Part shown: one piece after another, positions 1 through 12,524 of the stretch
Position numbering within the stretch: the stretch's first letter is position 1
Layout: each line of letters opens with the position of its first letter
Source of the DNA: Marsupella aquatica
Taxonomy: Eukaryota; Plantae; Marchantiophyta
Reading direction: 5' to 3'
Assembly (NCBI GenBank): GCA_973895155.1
Contig: OZ316893.1
Location: 22,169,844-22,233,843, forward strand
Length of the DNA stretch: 64,000 nt
Program-made: the position numbers and the translations under genes
Notes under the pieces: generated by a model
What the model was told of the DNA's origin: nothing
Databases searched by the model: none
The model's input: the letters and a program-made list of their open reading frames with translations, nothing else

Positions 1-1576
1 TAGGCCGGGCCGGGAATTATCGGCCGGGAACCGGACCGGGGTGGACCGGGTGACAACTTGTCGGTTGTCGAGTCCAAAAGCCTCTATTTGTCGGACAAGT
101 CCAAACCGGGCTTCTGGGATTGTGCTCCGTTGTGGACGTTGAGATTAGATTACTGAAAGAACCTCGAGATAAAGTCGAGCTCTAGACTCTATTCGAGTTG
201 CTTTGCCTTGAGATATTACATTGGACGCTATTCGCGCTTTTTTCCCCATAACATGTACGATTACTCTAATCATAAGCTCGGATGGTAACATGGTGAAAAG
301 ACTTGACGGCAATTGAAATTCTCAAAGGAAAAAATCAATGCACTGTACCAGGGGGTACATAGCTACAGTGAATTGTGAAAAACGCATTTCACGTGATAGC
401 AGATGCGGCACTTGGTGTAATCGTGTTACCAATCATGTACAGTGCATTCCTTAATGGCTCTCAAGAGTAACAAATTGTAGACTGAGCTTTTCCTACATTC
501 GTGCGACCTGGTAAAGAGAGGTTCGGATTCAAATCTATTGAAGGTGCAGACCGTCATGTTCTCATGCACTTCCATTCACAGATATCGGTAGTCCTGGATT
601 CGTGCAATGGTCTAACATCCTACCTAATCTTGCTCGGCGTAGCAGTTCGGTGCTGTTTAGTTGACAGCTCCTGCGATGTTCCAACACCTTAATATATATG
701 TACTGTTGCTGATCTCCTTTTCCAATCTTCATCTGTTACGTAGAGCATTATTCATGAGATGGCCTTGGATTCGGATACACGGTCTCAAATCCTACCTACC
801 TTTGTAGTATTTGGTATGAGCAGGGCCGCGAGACATTCTAATTCTGGCCTTTGGCTCATAACCACCGCTAGAGAAACCCCCACCTAACTATTTCTGTTGA
901 ATTTCGTTCTGTGGCGCTGGAATTTAATGACGAATGCTCGAGCTGGTCCTGAATTGCTCGATTCGGTCTATCAAACATTCAAACGGTCTCATCCAACCAA
1001 CCGACTGTAAACTCAGCATCATTTGTGGATAAGCTCAATTCTAGGACTGTAATTTACTTATTAGATCACAATGCGGTGAATGACAAATTGACAATGCTCT
1101 ATAGACTTAGCTCTCTCAATCCGACATTGTTGGGTTCGTAGGCACTGTGTTAGAATGATGAAATTGGATCGGTGTAGGTGGCGGACATCCCCGTAGAACG
1201 TCATTGGGCTCCGTGAAGTTTCTTCAATGCTCACCTCGTGGAGTTCGGTTGAAAGTCAGTGTGCGCAGAACTTAGGAGACATAATTATGTGATTTCTTGT
1301 CTGTTGTCTTCTTGGATTTATGAGGGCAATATGCGAGACTGATACTTATGTAGTACATCGAAATTGGTATTTTGCGCTTATAGCTCACCTAATATTCTAT
1401 TAATAAGAGTTAATATTCTCTTAAGAGTGAAGGAGATAATACACAAGAAAAGTACAAAGGTACCTAACTTGAGAGAGATATGCACTTGCCCTCTAGGTAG
1501 GTAATGATACTCAATTCAATTAAAATTATAGAATTAGTAAATAAACATTTACCTAGGTAATTGATAGTCAATTTAA

Positions 1577-2736
1577 AAGATATATGCTTGATGTTTTCCC
1601 GTGAAACTTGTTTCTCTAATGGTCTCTATCAAACTTTTTTTACCAAGTGGGATCCTTCTTAATAACCCGTACACTTGTTCTTGTGTGGTGCTTACTATGT
1701 ACATTTAACAACACCCATTGCCTCGTAGTGCACTTGGCTCCTAGGCCTAGTCCACCACGCGAGTCACCGTAGTCTACCGCGGTCCATCGAAACGGACAAC
1801 AATGTCATTACCATAGAATTCAAAGGGTTAATGTACGAAGACACAATGGATTCCGTCTTCCTATTTTTCAAGGTATAGGGTTTAGGGTGTACCCTGACAC
1901 CTTTGGGTCTATCTTCTTTTGGAATTGTTTGTATGCATATGCAGGGGAGTATTGTCATTTTTCGAGCGCATTTGTTGATCAATTGCCGATTTTTGTTGTG
2001 ACGGCAGTCGGGGAATTCCAAATATTGAACTTGAATATTCACTGTGGACATTTCGAGGTACTCCGCACTGACAATCCCACATTAAAACATCATGAAAAAC
2101 TTGTGTGCACCGTGTGAAAAGCACACCTAATTAAAACCCCGCAATACGGTAAAAATTTGAACCTGAAAACATAATCCATATTGTATTCAAGTCGCGGTTT
2201 GGACAGCGGCGGCCGCTTTTCATGGTTCTTCCACATCATCTCTGCGGTTTCACCTGTTTCTCCCACATGTTTCTTTGACCATGCAGAGGTGGCCTCCCGC
2301 ACGGTCCAACAGTCACAAAAAAACCCGTACAGGCAAACCTAATGACTACCCCACGATCGGTCAAATTTTGAATCCGAGGACATAATGCATATGGTATTCA
2401 AATCACAGTTTCGGAAGTGGCGCCCGCTTTTCACGGTTTCTCCCTAATAATCTTCATGGCTTCTCAGTCGACCTTGCAAGGTCGGCTGCACGGTCCAACC
2501 GTGCAGTTTGCTTGAAGTCATGTTTGACCATAGTCTTTCTGGAAAACGTAGTTGGTCACTCCATGAAGGAAAAACTCGTTACAGTGCCCGTGATAAGAAC
2601 ATTTGACGGAAAATACTGAAAAGGGGCCTATTATGTAAGAGAAGTTACCTGGGGGGGCTTATTAGGTAAGAAAAGTTACCTAGGGGCCCATCATGTAAGA
2701 AAGGTTCACTCAGGGGGCCCATCAAGCTTATATCTC
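1577..2736. mobile_element. Non-autonomous Mutator-like (MULE) DNA transposon
   Basis: Left end AAGATATATGCTTGATG matches the reverse complement of the right end GAGATATAAGCTTGATG (15/17), with further degenerate TIR similarity inward. Flanked by the 10-bp direct repeat GTCAATTTAA (1567-1576, 2737-2746). Contains an internal ~210-bp-period duplication (2150-2460) and 3x ~33-bp repeats in the right TIR (2621-2725). Confidence 0.75.
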
Positions 2737-2844
2737 GTCAATTTAATTAAAAGAAGAAACACTTGCATTAAGTAATGATAGTCAATTCAATTAAAACCAT
2801 GAAATTAGTGAAGAAAACCATGAGGGGAACACAAAACACCAGGT

Positions 2845-3836
2845 GTGCTGGGAAGCCCAATCGGATACAAGGTACGCCCTTCTCTTGCTGCCAGGTTCCT
2901 TCTAGAGAAAATCAGAAAACGATTATGTCACTGGACGAATCGTTGCTTAACTCTGGCGGGAAGGGCGGTTCTCCTAAAGCACGTTTTAAGAGCCATTCCT
3001 ACATACCACCTCATGACTATGGACATCCAGGCAACTGGCTACAAGGAACTTGAGAAAGTATGGAGAAGATTCCTATGGGGTTTGAATCCAAACAAAGGCA
3101 ACAAGAAAGCTCTGATTGCTTTGGAGGACATCACGACTAGCAAAGGAGAAGGGGGGCTGGGAATTCTCCCTTTTCAGGAGCAAGTGACAGCCCTCAAGAT
3201 GAGACACATGTCCAAGATGATTCAGGGGCAACCGGTGAGTGGATCAAGATTGCCCATGAGCTCCTAAGCAAAGGGCTGAGGAAAGGACCAGGAAAAAAAG
3301 AAAAAAAAGGTTGGTCCCCCACTGAAGCGCTGCTACTGAGTACTGACTGGATCAGTACTGGCTCCCCAATGTTGAGGGCTCCTACGTGGGTGGCATGACA
3401 AGAGAAAAAATGTGAATTTTACCTTTGGCAGAGGGGAATTACCGCACACACTCACGATGGAGCAGACTTTGTTGCTCTATGAGAGGGACCAGCAGGTGGA
3501 GACCAGTGAAAGGATCGCTCTGCGGAGATACTTGGCCAACCGTGGAGTGAAGGTGATCTCTGACCTATGGACTGCGCAACATGGATTGGGCGAACAAGGA
3601 AGAACTGCACCTAAAGGTCAGAAGCAACAAACACCGCGGACATAGGATCTTCCTTTTGTTCTACAAGCAACTGAGACAGTACCAAGGACTTAACAAGAAA
3701 CAGCTGCAGGACAGCGACAGATGGAAATGAAATTGGAAAGGGAAGAACAAGGGCTGGTCTTTCCCCAACCAGGTGTGGGGTAATTGTGGTCTGAATAGAG
3801 AGCACGACACCACCAAGATCAACAGGAGATGGGGAC
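2845..3836 (+). mobile_element. 5'-truncated, decayed L1-type LINE ORF2 (post-RT region), left half
   Basis: Translation LGSP...LTLAGRAVLLKHVLRAIPTY...RRFLWG...SKGEGGLGI is typical of plant LINE ORF2 downstream of RT. Frameshifts and stops follow. It ends at N-R-R-W-G at the Gypsy insertion point. Confidence 0.85.
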
Positions 3837-4399
3837 TGTCACACCATTCTAGGTAGTGTTAGAGTGTATTGTACTATCTAGATCCGTATGTTTGGTATGT
3901 GTGCTATATGAGCTGATAAGGTTCCATCAGGTTTGTGTGACAGGGTACTTCTCACTTATGAGGCATTGAAAGGTCATCTTTCAATGTTGAGCCTTGGAGA
4001 GAGAGGAGCTTGAGTGGCTATGGTGGCTGTGAGCTCCGCTTGTGTAACGTGGATTCCTTGAGTAGTGCAAGGTGAATTGGCTTGACATACGTGTGTGATC
4101 GGATCGGTGCGGGATCGATGGGGTATTGTTGACCGGGATCGTTGTGCCGATTGTTGAGCAGATTACATTGAAAGATCAGGACCTTCAAACTCTGTTGTGC
4201 GAACAAAAGCTCAGTCTGAGTTTGTTGTTGACGATTTGCAGTAGATCGAATCGATTGGAGCTGTTGTTTTGATCCATGGTACCTCGGATCGTGGAGTGGA
4301 CTGCCGGTATTTCGATTCGCTATAGTCGGTGTTGAGAAGTTTGTGCTTGATCTGTGCTGCCATTTGACGGACAGTATGCTGTTGTTCGCATTTTTGTGA

Positions 4400-4560
4400 A
4401 GTAGATCGGGCCTGCATCGTCATCGTATGCAGATCTGTTGGGCCGATTTGCTATTTTCGCAAGGGAAACAGCCGTGGATGTTGGTAGATCGGGCCTGCAT
4501 CATCGTCGTATGCAGATCTGTTGGGCCGATCTGTTGTTTTCGCAAGGGAAACAGCTACGG
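4400..4560 (+). repeat. ~83-bp-period tandem duplication in the element's 5' region
   Basis: GTAGATCGGGCCTGCATC..CGTATGCAGATCTGTTGGGCCGAT..TTTTCGCAAGGGAAACAGC occurs twice. Confidence 0.8.
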
Positions 4561-5547
4561 ATGTTGCTGAATCGTGCAACGACACTGCCTCTGTAGCGAT
4601 TTGCAGAACTTGCACGCCGACCTCTGCGTTTTGTTGAAGAAATAGAACTTTGAATGTTGTTGTTTTGGTAGCGGATGCGGGCTGCTGCTGATCAAAGCGC
4701 AAAGGCACTATCGCCTACGTGTTTGCCCATTTCACGAGGGCTGGATCGCGGATTCGCTACGACACGATAGCGTGTCGACGCGCTGCATTTCCGTGAAGGA
4801 AACTCGAGGCCGAAGTGTGGACGTTGCCGAATCTGGAAGTTGGATCCGGCGTAGCGAAGCATTGCTTGGCTCATCTCGGCGTTCAGAGGCTTCGAGGCAA
4901 CTCGTGGTTACTCGAGACAAGGGGCGTGAGGGCGAAGCAGGAGCGGGCGGGCCAGCAAGCTGGTACGTGAGGAGAATTGCAAGTGCTGCCATTTTGGAGT
5001 GGCAGATTTGGTGCATAATGACAAGTGAGAGGTCACCCATCCCAAAGCTATTCCTCCCCTCATGCGCTTAACTAGCAAGTTCCTATGTGGTGCATTGTAC
5101 ATGCTTCCTTCCACACTTGGTGTCCAAGGAATGAGGCCCTAGGGGTTTTATGCACTTTTGAATTCATCTAGATACTCTGTTTTAGCTAGTTTGCGATGGA
5201 TTCTTGAATATTTGACGCGGGATTCTTGAGGCCTATTATGAAGGCCCTACATTGAACTATATGCACATTATTTTCATGTATTTCTGATTGATTGGTGTGG
5301 AGAGTTGTGGTGAATCCTCTTCTTGTTGTTGGATCCTCTCCACACATGCTTCCTGTTTATGCGCCATGTTGGTTTGGCGTGGGCGCTTGATTCTATAGGA
5401 ATGATCCGGGTTTGCAACCGGACATTCTAGTTGTGCTACGTATTTCTCTCTTGGTGATGTTGGAGTGATGCCCAACACACATGGTGAGTGCTTGTGTTAT
5501 TGACAGGGACAGATTGCCCTTAGGATTAGCATATAGATTAGGTTAGG

Positions 5548-7230
5548 TTGGTCACCACAGATTATTCTGGTGCTGCTGGGTTACCCGATGGACGACGGAC
5601 CGGTTTCACTCGGAGTGGGGCACAGTTTTGGCCAACGACATTGGTAGCAGTCAGTAGTGCAGCTTCAGACAGTGATTCTGACGAGGACTCAGTGACCAGT
5701 TCTTCTCGTCATCAGGTGGTTGCATCTTTGTTGTGGGATACGGGCGAGATGTATGGGGCTACAAAGGGCCCACGACGATACTCTGGTGCAGTTGGCACAA
5801 TTGATCTGGATGACTTCATCCAGGAGTTTGATACGTGGTGCGATATGCAGACATTGCGTAACGCCACGTTGTTTACCCCTTTCATGGCATGGAAGGGATT
5901 ATTTTAGCATTTGGAGGGGCCACCCATGGATGACTACCATGAGTTCCGGAAGGCTCATTTGGTTGAGATTGAGGCATGGAGGCAGCATTGGTCGCCTAAT
6001 TACGTGTCCATCACCTATGGCACTAGTGCGGTTGCCCAACCCATTGCCACAGCTGCTGCTTCTTCTAGCAGCACTAGCCAAAGTGGCACACCATCCACCA
6101 CCAGCACTCCAACAGCATCCACCGCTACTCCTGCCGGTGTGATTGTGATAGGAACTGGAGTTGCGCCAGCATTTAACCTTGTGGTGGAATTCTTTGAGGT
6201 ACTGAAGCAGAACTATCAGGGTGTGAGAACTGATAAGTTGAAGGGTCTCCAGGAGTTCCAGCGCAAGACTGGAGAGAGTCTACGTGAGGCATACACTCGT
6301 ATGCGCAGATTGATCATTGTCACCAAGGGAGTGACAGAGGCTCAAGCAGTCCAATTTTGGTATGCAATTCTGGATAGAGAATTGCGACGTAGAGTGAGAA
6401 ATGTCACTCTGCTTAGGGATGCAGATCCCACATTAGCAGTTGTTTTTACCCTTTCTGAGCGCATTGAGCTCAATATGGTGAATGAGAAGGTGGTGACTTC
6501 CGGATTTGCCAAGGAACCACCAAAGGCTGCATCTACATCCACACCATAGCCTACTGCACGAAAGAGCCAGAGGGAGAAGCCTACTACACAAGAGTCTACC
6601 AGCCAGAGATCTATGCCCTCTTATGCTGGACAGCAGTCAGGATGTTGGACCTGTGGTGGGGATCATGCACAGAGATATTGCCCAGATCATAGAGGATCAG
6701 GGGGAGCATCAGCGCCTGATCAGCGATAGTGTGATCACTGTGGAGCTCCTCGACACACCAAGGATAGGTGTTTCTCACTCCACCCTGAGTTACGGAGGGG
6801 AGGATCCCATACACATGATCAGGGAAGAGGAGGCGGAGGTAGAGGTGGTGGACGTGGTCGTGGCATGCCATATGCAGGGAGACAGGGAGGTGACGCTGCC
6901 CCTGCTGTAACCATAGATCCAAAGGATGCTAAGATTGCTCAATTGGAGTAACAGCTAGCTGCCATGGCTAGTTTCTAGGTGAGACCTACTTCTGGTGATG
7001 GGGCATCTACATCCTATGGACCTTCCACATCCCATGGTCCTTCCACATCTTATGGAGCTGATGGAGACCTTACCACCATGGGATTCATGTGTGGCACTGC
7101 ACATATTGATGCATCAGCAGCATTGACACGTGGGGCAACCAAAGCTCTTGAGCCCCGAGGAGCAGTAGTGGAGTTAGATCCATAGAGGGGGGATGCACGT
7201 CGGCAGACAAAGCTTCCTCAGTCTTTTACA
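5548..7230 (+). pseudogene. gag: Gypsy gag (capsid plus two zinc knuckles plus RGG tract), with in-frame stops
   Basis: Frame 1 gives YSGAVGTIDLDDFIQEF...FQRKTGESLREAYTRM (retrotransposon gag), CWTCGGDHAQRYC (~6643) and CDHCGAPRHTKDRC (~6730), then GRGGGGRGGGRGRG. First ATG is at 5749. Stops occur at 5905, 6547, 6727, 6949, 6976 and 7183. Confidence 0.8.
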
Positions 7231-7599
7231 TTGTCAGAGACAGTTCAAACTGCCTCTATGAACCCGGTTCAGACAAACCCTGATGTGGATAAGTTGGTAG
7301 AATCAGGTAGTGATGCAGTAGGGATGACAGGTACCCTGCTGGGGGCGGCTACTGCCATGATACGCACCCCATTATTTCTAGCGACAGACATGCTAAACTT
7401 GGGAGTTGGTCCTGCAGAAGTGTTCAAATTGGTAGCTACACTCTGTGAGGACACTCCAGTGGTTGCTTCCCATGTAGAAGCAGCTTGTAGTGTTGAAGCA
7501 GTGAAGACCATGCCACCTACTACTACTAGTGAGACATGGCATGCAACAGCAGCAAGGTTGATGGATTTACCAGCACGCCCTGCATTTGAGAGGACTAGG

Positions 7600-8050
7600 T
7601 TTAAACCTAGTGTTGTGTCATTGGATAATCAAAGTGGTATCTTCCGATTAGTTGGGCCTTCTAGGGCAGTATACCAGCCAGAGAGAGTGTTACTAGATAC
7701 TGATGCTCAGCCCTTGATGTTGGGTAAGTCTGCCATACGTGGATTGGGATTGCGTCCAGAGGATTTGGAGGATTGTCCCTTTCCCATTCAGACTTCATTG
7801 GGGGGACCTACACCTACACAACACATTATCAGGGGACCTCTTGATTTGAGGATTCAGGAAGGTCATACCACAGATAGCTCACAGATACAGGCGCGAGCAA
7901 TTCTGACTAAGGCAGAGTCATATGATGTGTTGGTGGGATGTACAGTGCTCTACCCCATGGGATTTATTCTTGATTTTTGGGAGGAATCAGTGTCATATAG
8001 ACCTGATTGGCAGTCAGGAGATGCTCGATTGAGCAAATTGCTAGTGAGAT
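7600..8050 (+). pseudogene. Gypsy aspartic protease domain
   Basis: RVLLDTDAQ at ~7684-7710 is the D-T-G motif with G>D. The downstream YDVLVG motif is present. It is in the same frame as gag. Confidence 0.7.
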
Positions 8051-8400
8051 TTAGTGGACCTGTGGGAGGCCCTAAATCCACACCATTGTCTTTGGTAGCA
8101 TTCAGTGGTCTAATTGCTGGACCTGATGATTTGATTGAGGGTAATGCGCATGCAGCAGATGTTCCATCATTGGAGGAGTCTCATAAGGAGCACATCATGC
8201 GAGGATTACCTGTTGGCAGTGTTGTGCCACCAGTGTGGGGCACTGCACATGCCTTTCCACAGACAGCAGCATGATTGGTACATGATGCATGGCATCATGC
8301 TTTTACACCACGGTCAGGAGCAGAGCAGCCTCTTGCAGATGGACCTGTGACTCTTTCACCATTGGATACCACTCCTATTGCTTGGTAGTATCCACCGGAG

Positions 8401-9345
8401 GGTATTTGTTTGTTGGATCTTTTTGGTGGGATTAGCACTGGATTGGCTGCTGTTCTTCAGGCAGGAATTCCTGTGCGTCATTATTTGTATGTGGAGTCAG
8501 ATGAGACAGCACGGAGGGTCTCATTGTGACATGTGGCTATGTTGGTGGATAGATATCCATAGTTGCTACCAGTGGATGTTGTTCGTGGTTATCAGCATGC
8601 ACTACCTGCTGATATTTCATTGTTGGGGGTAGATCATCTGCATCGTGTTGGCCCCATTGATTTGGTGATTGCTGGTTGGCCATGTCAGGGCCAATCTAGA
8701 GCTGGCGTTGGGCATGGACTTCATGATCCACACTCTGCTTTGTTTTGGGAGATGTTATGGATGCTGCATCATCTCCAGTTACATCAGACATAGTCTCTAG
8801 CATACATTTTGGAGAATGTGCCATTGTTAGGTGATGATCGTAGTCGAATTGTTGCCAGTGTTGACCAGGTGAGGTCTTGGATTGGACCTGCATGCTGTGT
8901 TATTGGATGCTGCACGTGTGGGTTCTCGTGCACATCATCCACGCTTGTGGTGGACTAATTTGATCCCATGTGAGGTGCTGAAGCGCGTATTTGACAGTAT
9001 TCCATGCTCACCAGCCTTAGTGGTGGATGATGTTTTGGCTCCAGGGCGTCGTGCACAGGGTGTGACCCAACCTAATAGACCTCCATTGGCAATGGTCAAT
9101 GCAGTTGGGTGCCCACGTTGTGCATTACCCACTCTTGTAAGCCACTCTGCTTCATATGCATTCAGAGCAGGTGGCCCTGGACTTGTGTGGGACACAGCTC
9201 TCCAACAGTTAGTGGAACCTACTGTTGATGAGAGAGAGCGTGCTATGGGATTTTTGACTGGCACAACTGCAGTTGCCTCTATGTCAGAGGGTTTGCGGTG
9301 CCAGGTTCTTGGTCAAGCAATGGACCTAAATTGTTTGACTTGGAT
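8401..9345 (+). pseudogene. C5 cytosine DNA methyltransferase domain (DNMT3-like) inside the Gypsy polyprotein
   Basis: Motif I ICLLDLFGGISTG (8404-), motif II YLYVESD, motif IV IDLVIAGWPCQG (PC at 8680-8685), motif VI YILENV (8803-8820), motif VIII DAARVGSRAHHPRLWWTN, motifs IX/X ERERAMGF...QVLGQAMDL. It has three internal stops (8527, 8560, 8791) and one frameshift near 8890. Confidence 0.9.
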
Positions 9346-9589
9346 TATCAGCTTGGGAGTAGCTGAACAGTTGCGGATGCGCTCTGCTGGAATTATTGAT
9401 TGTCCCTTGCTGAGCTTGCGGTCCACTGAGACAGTACTGACCACAGCTGGGGGCGAGCAGACAATCCATGGACCTATGGTAGGATTGGCCAAGGCTGGAC
9501 AGATTGTTGAGCAAGAAGGGACTACTCAATCTACTACTAAATAGCAATCATCGGCTATCTCTTCTACCCTACAAAGAGATATTAGGGAT

Positions 9590-11100
9590 TTGGTGGAGAG
9601 TTGGGAACCACAGCTTGGCCCTAAGTTGACAGGGGAGGAGAGACGTCGCATGCATCGATTCCTAAAGAGTTACTGGAATTGTTTTGCATTTAGCATGAAG
9701 GATTTGGGGACATTAAAGGGTCCTGGTATTCAAATTGAATTGGCTAGTGATGCGCCAATCTTTTGTAGGCCATACCGTTACAGTGACATGGAGAGAGCTC
9801 TGATTCAAAGCAGAACTCAAGATTTGTTGGAGGCTGGATTGGTGGAGATTTCATATGGGGAGTATGCATCTACCACAATGATGTCAGCCAAGAAGGATGT
9901 GCATGGCAATTACACAGATAGAGGCATGTGTGGTGATTACAGACCCATTAATTGCCAGACAAAATTTGATAGATATGCCATGCCCACACCTGAGGAGATC
10001 TTTGATGTTGTGGGGCATGCAAAGGTTTTCAGTTCATTGGATCTGAGGGCAGGGTACCATCAGCTTCCAATTAGGCATGCTGACAGGTCCAAGACAACAT
10101 TCTGGGGGATTGATTCTTATGGCAAAGATCATTTGTATCAGTGGTTATTCTTACCATTTGGGTTGAAGAATGCACCAGCTGAGTTCCAGAGAGTCATGGA
10201 TCGAATCCTTGCAGGTTTGGATTTTGTCAGATGTTATATTGATGATATTTTGGTCTATTCTTCTACTGTGGAAGAACATCAACAGCACTTGCAGATTGTG
10301 TTGGAGAGATTGAGAGCACATGGGTTGAAGCTCCATCCTAGCAAGTGTAAGTTCTTCCAAGACCAGATTGAATATTTGGGCCACACTATATACCCAGGGG
10401 GATTGGGTGTACAGCAGACTAAAGTGGAGGCCATTACACATATTCCTTGTCCTACTGATGTGAGTAGAGTTCGTGCATTCTTGGGATTGGCGAGCTACTA
10501 CAGGAGGTATGTTAAAGGATTTAGCCAGCTTGCTAAACCTTTGACCATACTCACTAAGTTGGATCAGGAATGGATTTGGGGTGATGACCAGGAGCATGCC
10601 TTTCAGGAGTTGAAGCAAAGGTTGGCATCATCCCCTATTTTGAGAAGACCCATCTCAGGCAGACCATTTCAGCTACACACTTATTGGAGTGGAGTAGGAC
10701 TTGGAGTAGTGCTGACTCACAAGGATGATGAGGGGAATGAGTTTGTTGTGGCTTATGCCAGTAGATCAAACAATTCAGCAAAGGCTAAGTATAGCTCTTA
10801 TGAGGGAGAGTGTTTGGCAGCAGTGTGGGCTGTTGCACACTTTCGTTGCTACTTGTTTGGTAACGCTTTTACCTTGATCACTGATCATCAGCCTCTTAAG
10901 TGGTTAATGGAGTCTGACAAGCTTACAGGGAAGCTTGCAAGATGGGCATTGTTGTTACAGGAGTATGATTTCCAAGTGGTGCATAGGCCTGGAAAAGTGA
11001 ACTTGGATGCAGATGGATTAAGCCGCAATCCATGTACCAGTCAGCAGGATGAGACTGGAGCCAGATGGCATGATGAGTTAGATAAGGAGATGGTGCCAGG
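9590..11100 (+). pseudogene. pol: Gypsy reverse transcriptase plus RNase H
   Basis: RT motifs GDYRPIN, FSSLDLRAGYHQL, LPFGLKNAP and YIDD (10235-10246). RNase H motifs YSSYEGECLAAVWAV, ITDHQPL and DADGLSR. Confidence 0.95.
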
Positions 11101-11339
11101 ATGGCATGCATCTGCCTTTCTTTGTTGGGTGCCAGCATATAGTGGATCTATGGACTCTACCTCATTGGATGGAGTGGATGAGGAGTCTTCAGATGTGGAT
11201 GTTGGTGAGGTAACTTTTGGACAGCAAGATATTCACAATGATGTGAGAGTGTTGGAATATCTGCGCAGTGGTTCTATTGTTGGCAGTGTTGATGCCAAAG
11301 AACGTGACAGGGTTCTACAGAGAGCCAAGAGGTTTTGAT

Positions 11340-12480
11340 GGGAGGGAAACCATCTTTTGAGAGTACTGCATGATGGTAGGGTGTTGGTGGTACCAAAACC
11401 ATCACAACGAGTACATTTGGTGCGACATGCACACGAGGAGTTGGGGCACTTTGGTGTGAAGCGCACTTATAGCTTGCTGCAAACACAGTATTGGTGGCGT
11501 GGTATGCACACTCATGTCCAGCAGTTGATAGCTAAGTGTGTGGTATGTGATAGAGTGAGAACATTATTTAATGCTCCCACTCCCCAGTTGCACCCGTTGC
11601 CGATCATAGGTTTGGGATATTGTTAGATTTTGGATTTTGCTGGTCCATTACCTTTTACCCAACGTCATAATCGGTATGTTTTGGTCATGGTGGAGCACTT
11701 CTCCAAGTGGATTGAGCTAGTGGCGTTGCCAGATAAAGCCAGTGAAGGAGTTGCTGCTACATTTTTGGATCGTGTACTCAGTCATTTTGGAGCACCAGCT
11801 GAGGTGTTGACTGATCAGGGAACTGAGTTCCGTGGAGAGTTTGAGAGTTTGTGTGAACAAGCTCTGATTGATCATCGTACTACCTCTCGTGATCATCCTG
11901 AGGCAGATGGATTAGCCGAGAGAGTTGTACAAACTATAAAGAGAGGATTGCGTAAATATGGCTTGCAGGTTGGTCATCTGGGAGAATGGGATCTCCAGCT
12001 ACCTTGGTTAGCTATGGGCTACCGTTTCAGTCGGCAAACATCACTTGCATCCTTTTCACCTTACTTTTTGCTCTATGGTAGAGAGCCAGATTTGCTAGCA
12101 GCTATTCGTCGTGATGCTGCACCAGTTGTGAACTTGGATGATCCTGATGTTTGGGTCAAGGTGTGTTCAGAGAGAGCACGGGTATTTCATAGAGTGATGC
12201 CCATGGCTTTTGACAACCTTGCCATTGCCCAACATCGTGATGCTTTGAGGTATGCCACTATTTGTGGAGGAGGTTACCGTGCAAGCATTCGATGATTTCA
12301 TCCTGGTGATTATGTTTATTTGTAGCAGACAGCACCCACAACACTTGATATGACCGCAGGCCGGGCAATCTTACGTGTGCGTGAAGTGTTGCCTTCTGGT
12401 GTCCTAATGTTGGAGGGACGCGATGGTATGGTTTGGAAGGATCATGTGCGCAACTGTGCACCATGTCACCTTCCCAACAT
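11340..12480 (+). pseudogene. Gypsy integrase (HHCC plus DDE), with stops
   Basis: HAHEELGHFG...CVVC zinc-binding domain. The DDE core is DFAGP, LTDQGTEF, DGLAER. Stops at 11624, 12293 and 12323. Confidence 0.92.
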
Positions 12481-12524
12481 TGATGGTACAGTAGATCCAA
12501 GCTTGGCACATGTTTGTGCTGGCT

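Noticed and set aside
60-1400. Possible degraded transposase or gene
   Set aside because: No long ORF or recognisable motif in the frames I could read.
8401-9345. Host DRM/DNMT3 gene or bacterial contaminant MTase
   Set aside because: It is intronless, collinear and in frame with retroelement protease and RT, lies inside the TSD-bounded insertion, and decays like the rest of the element.
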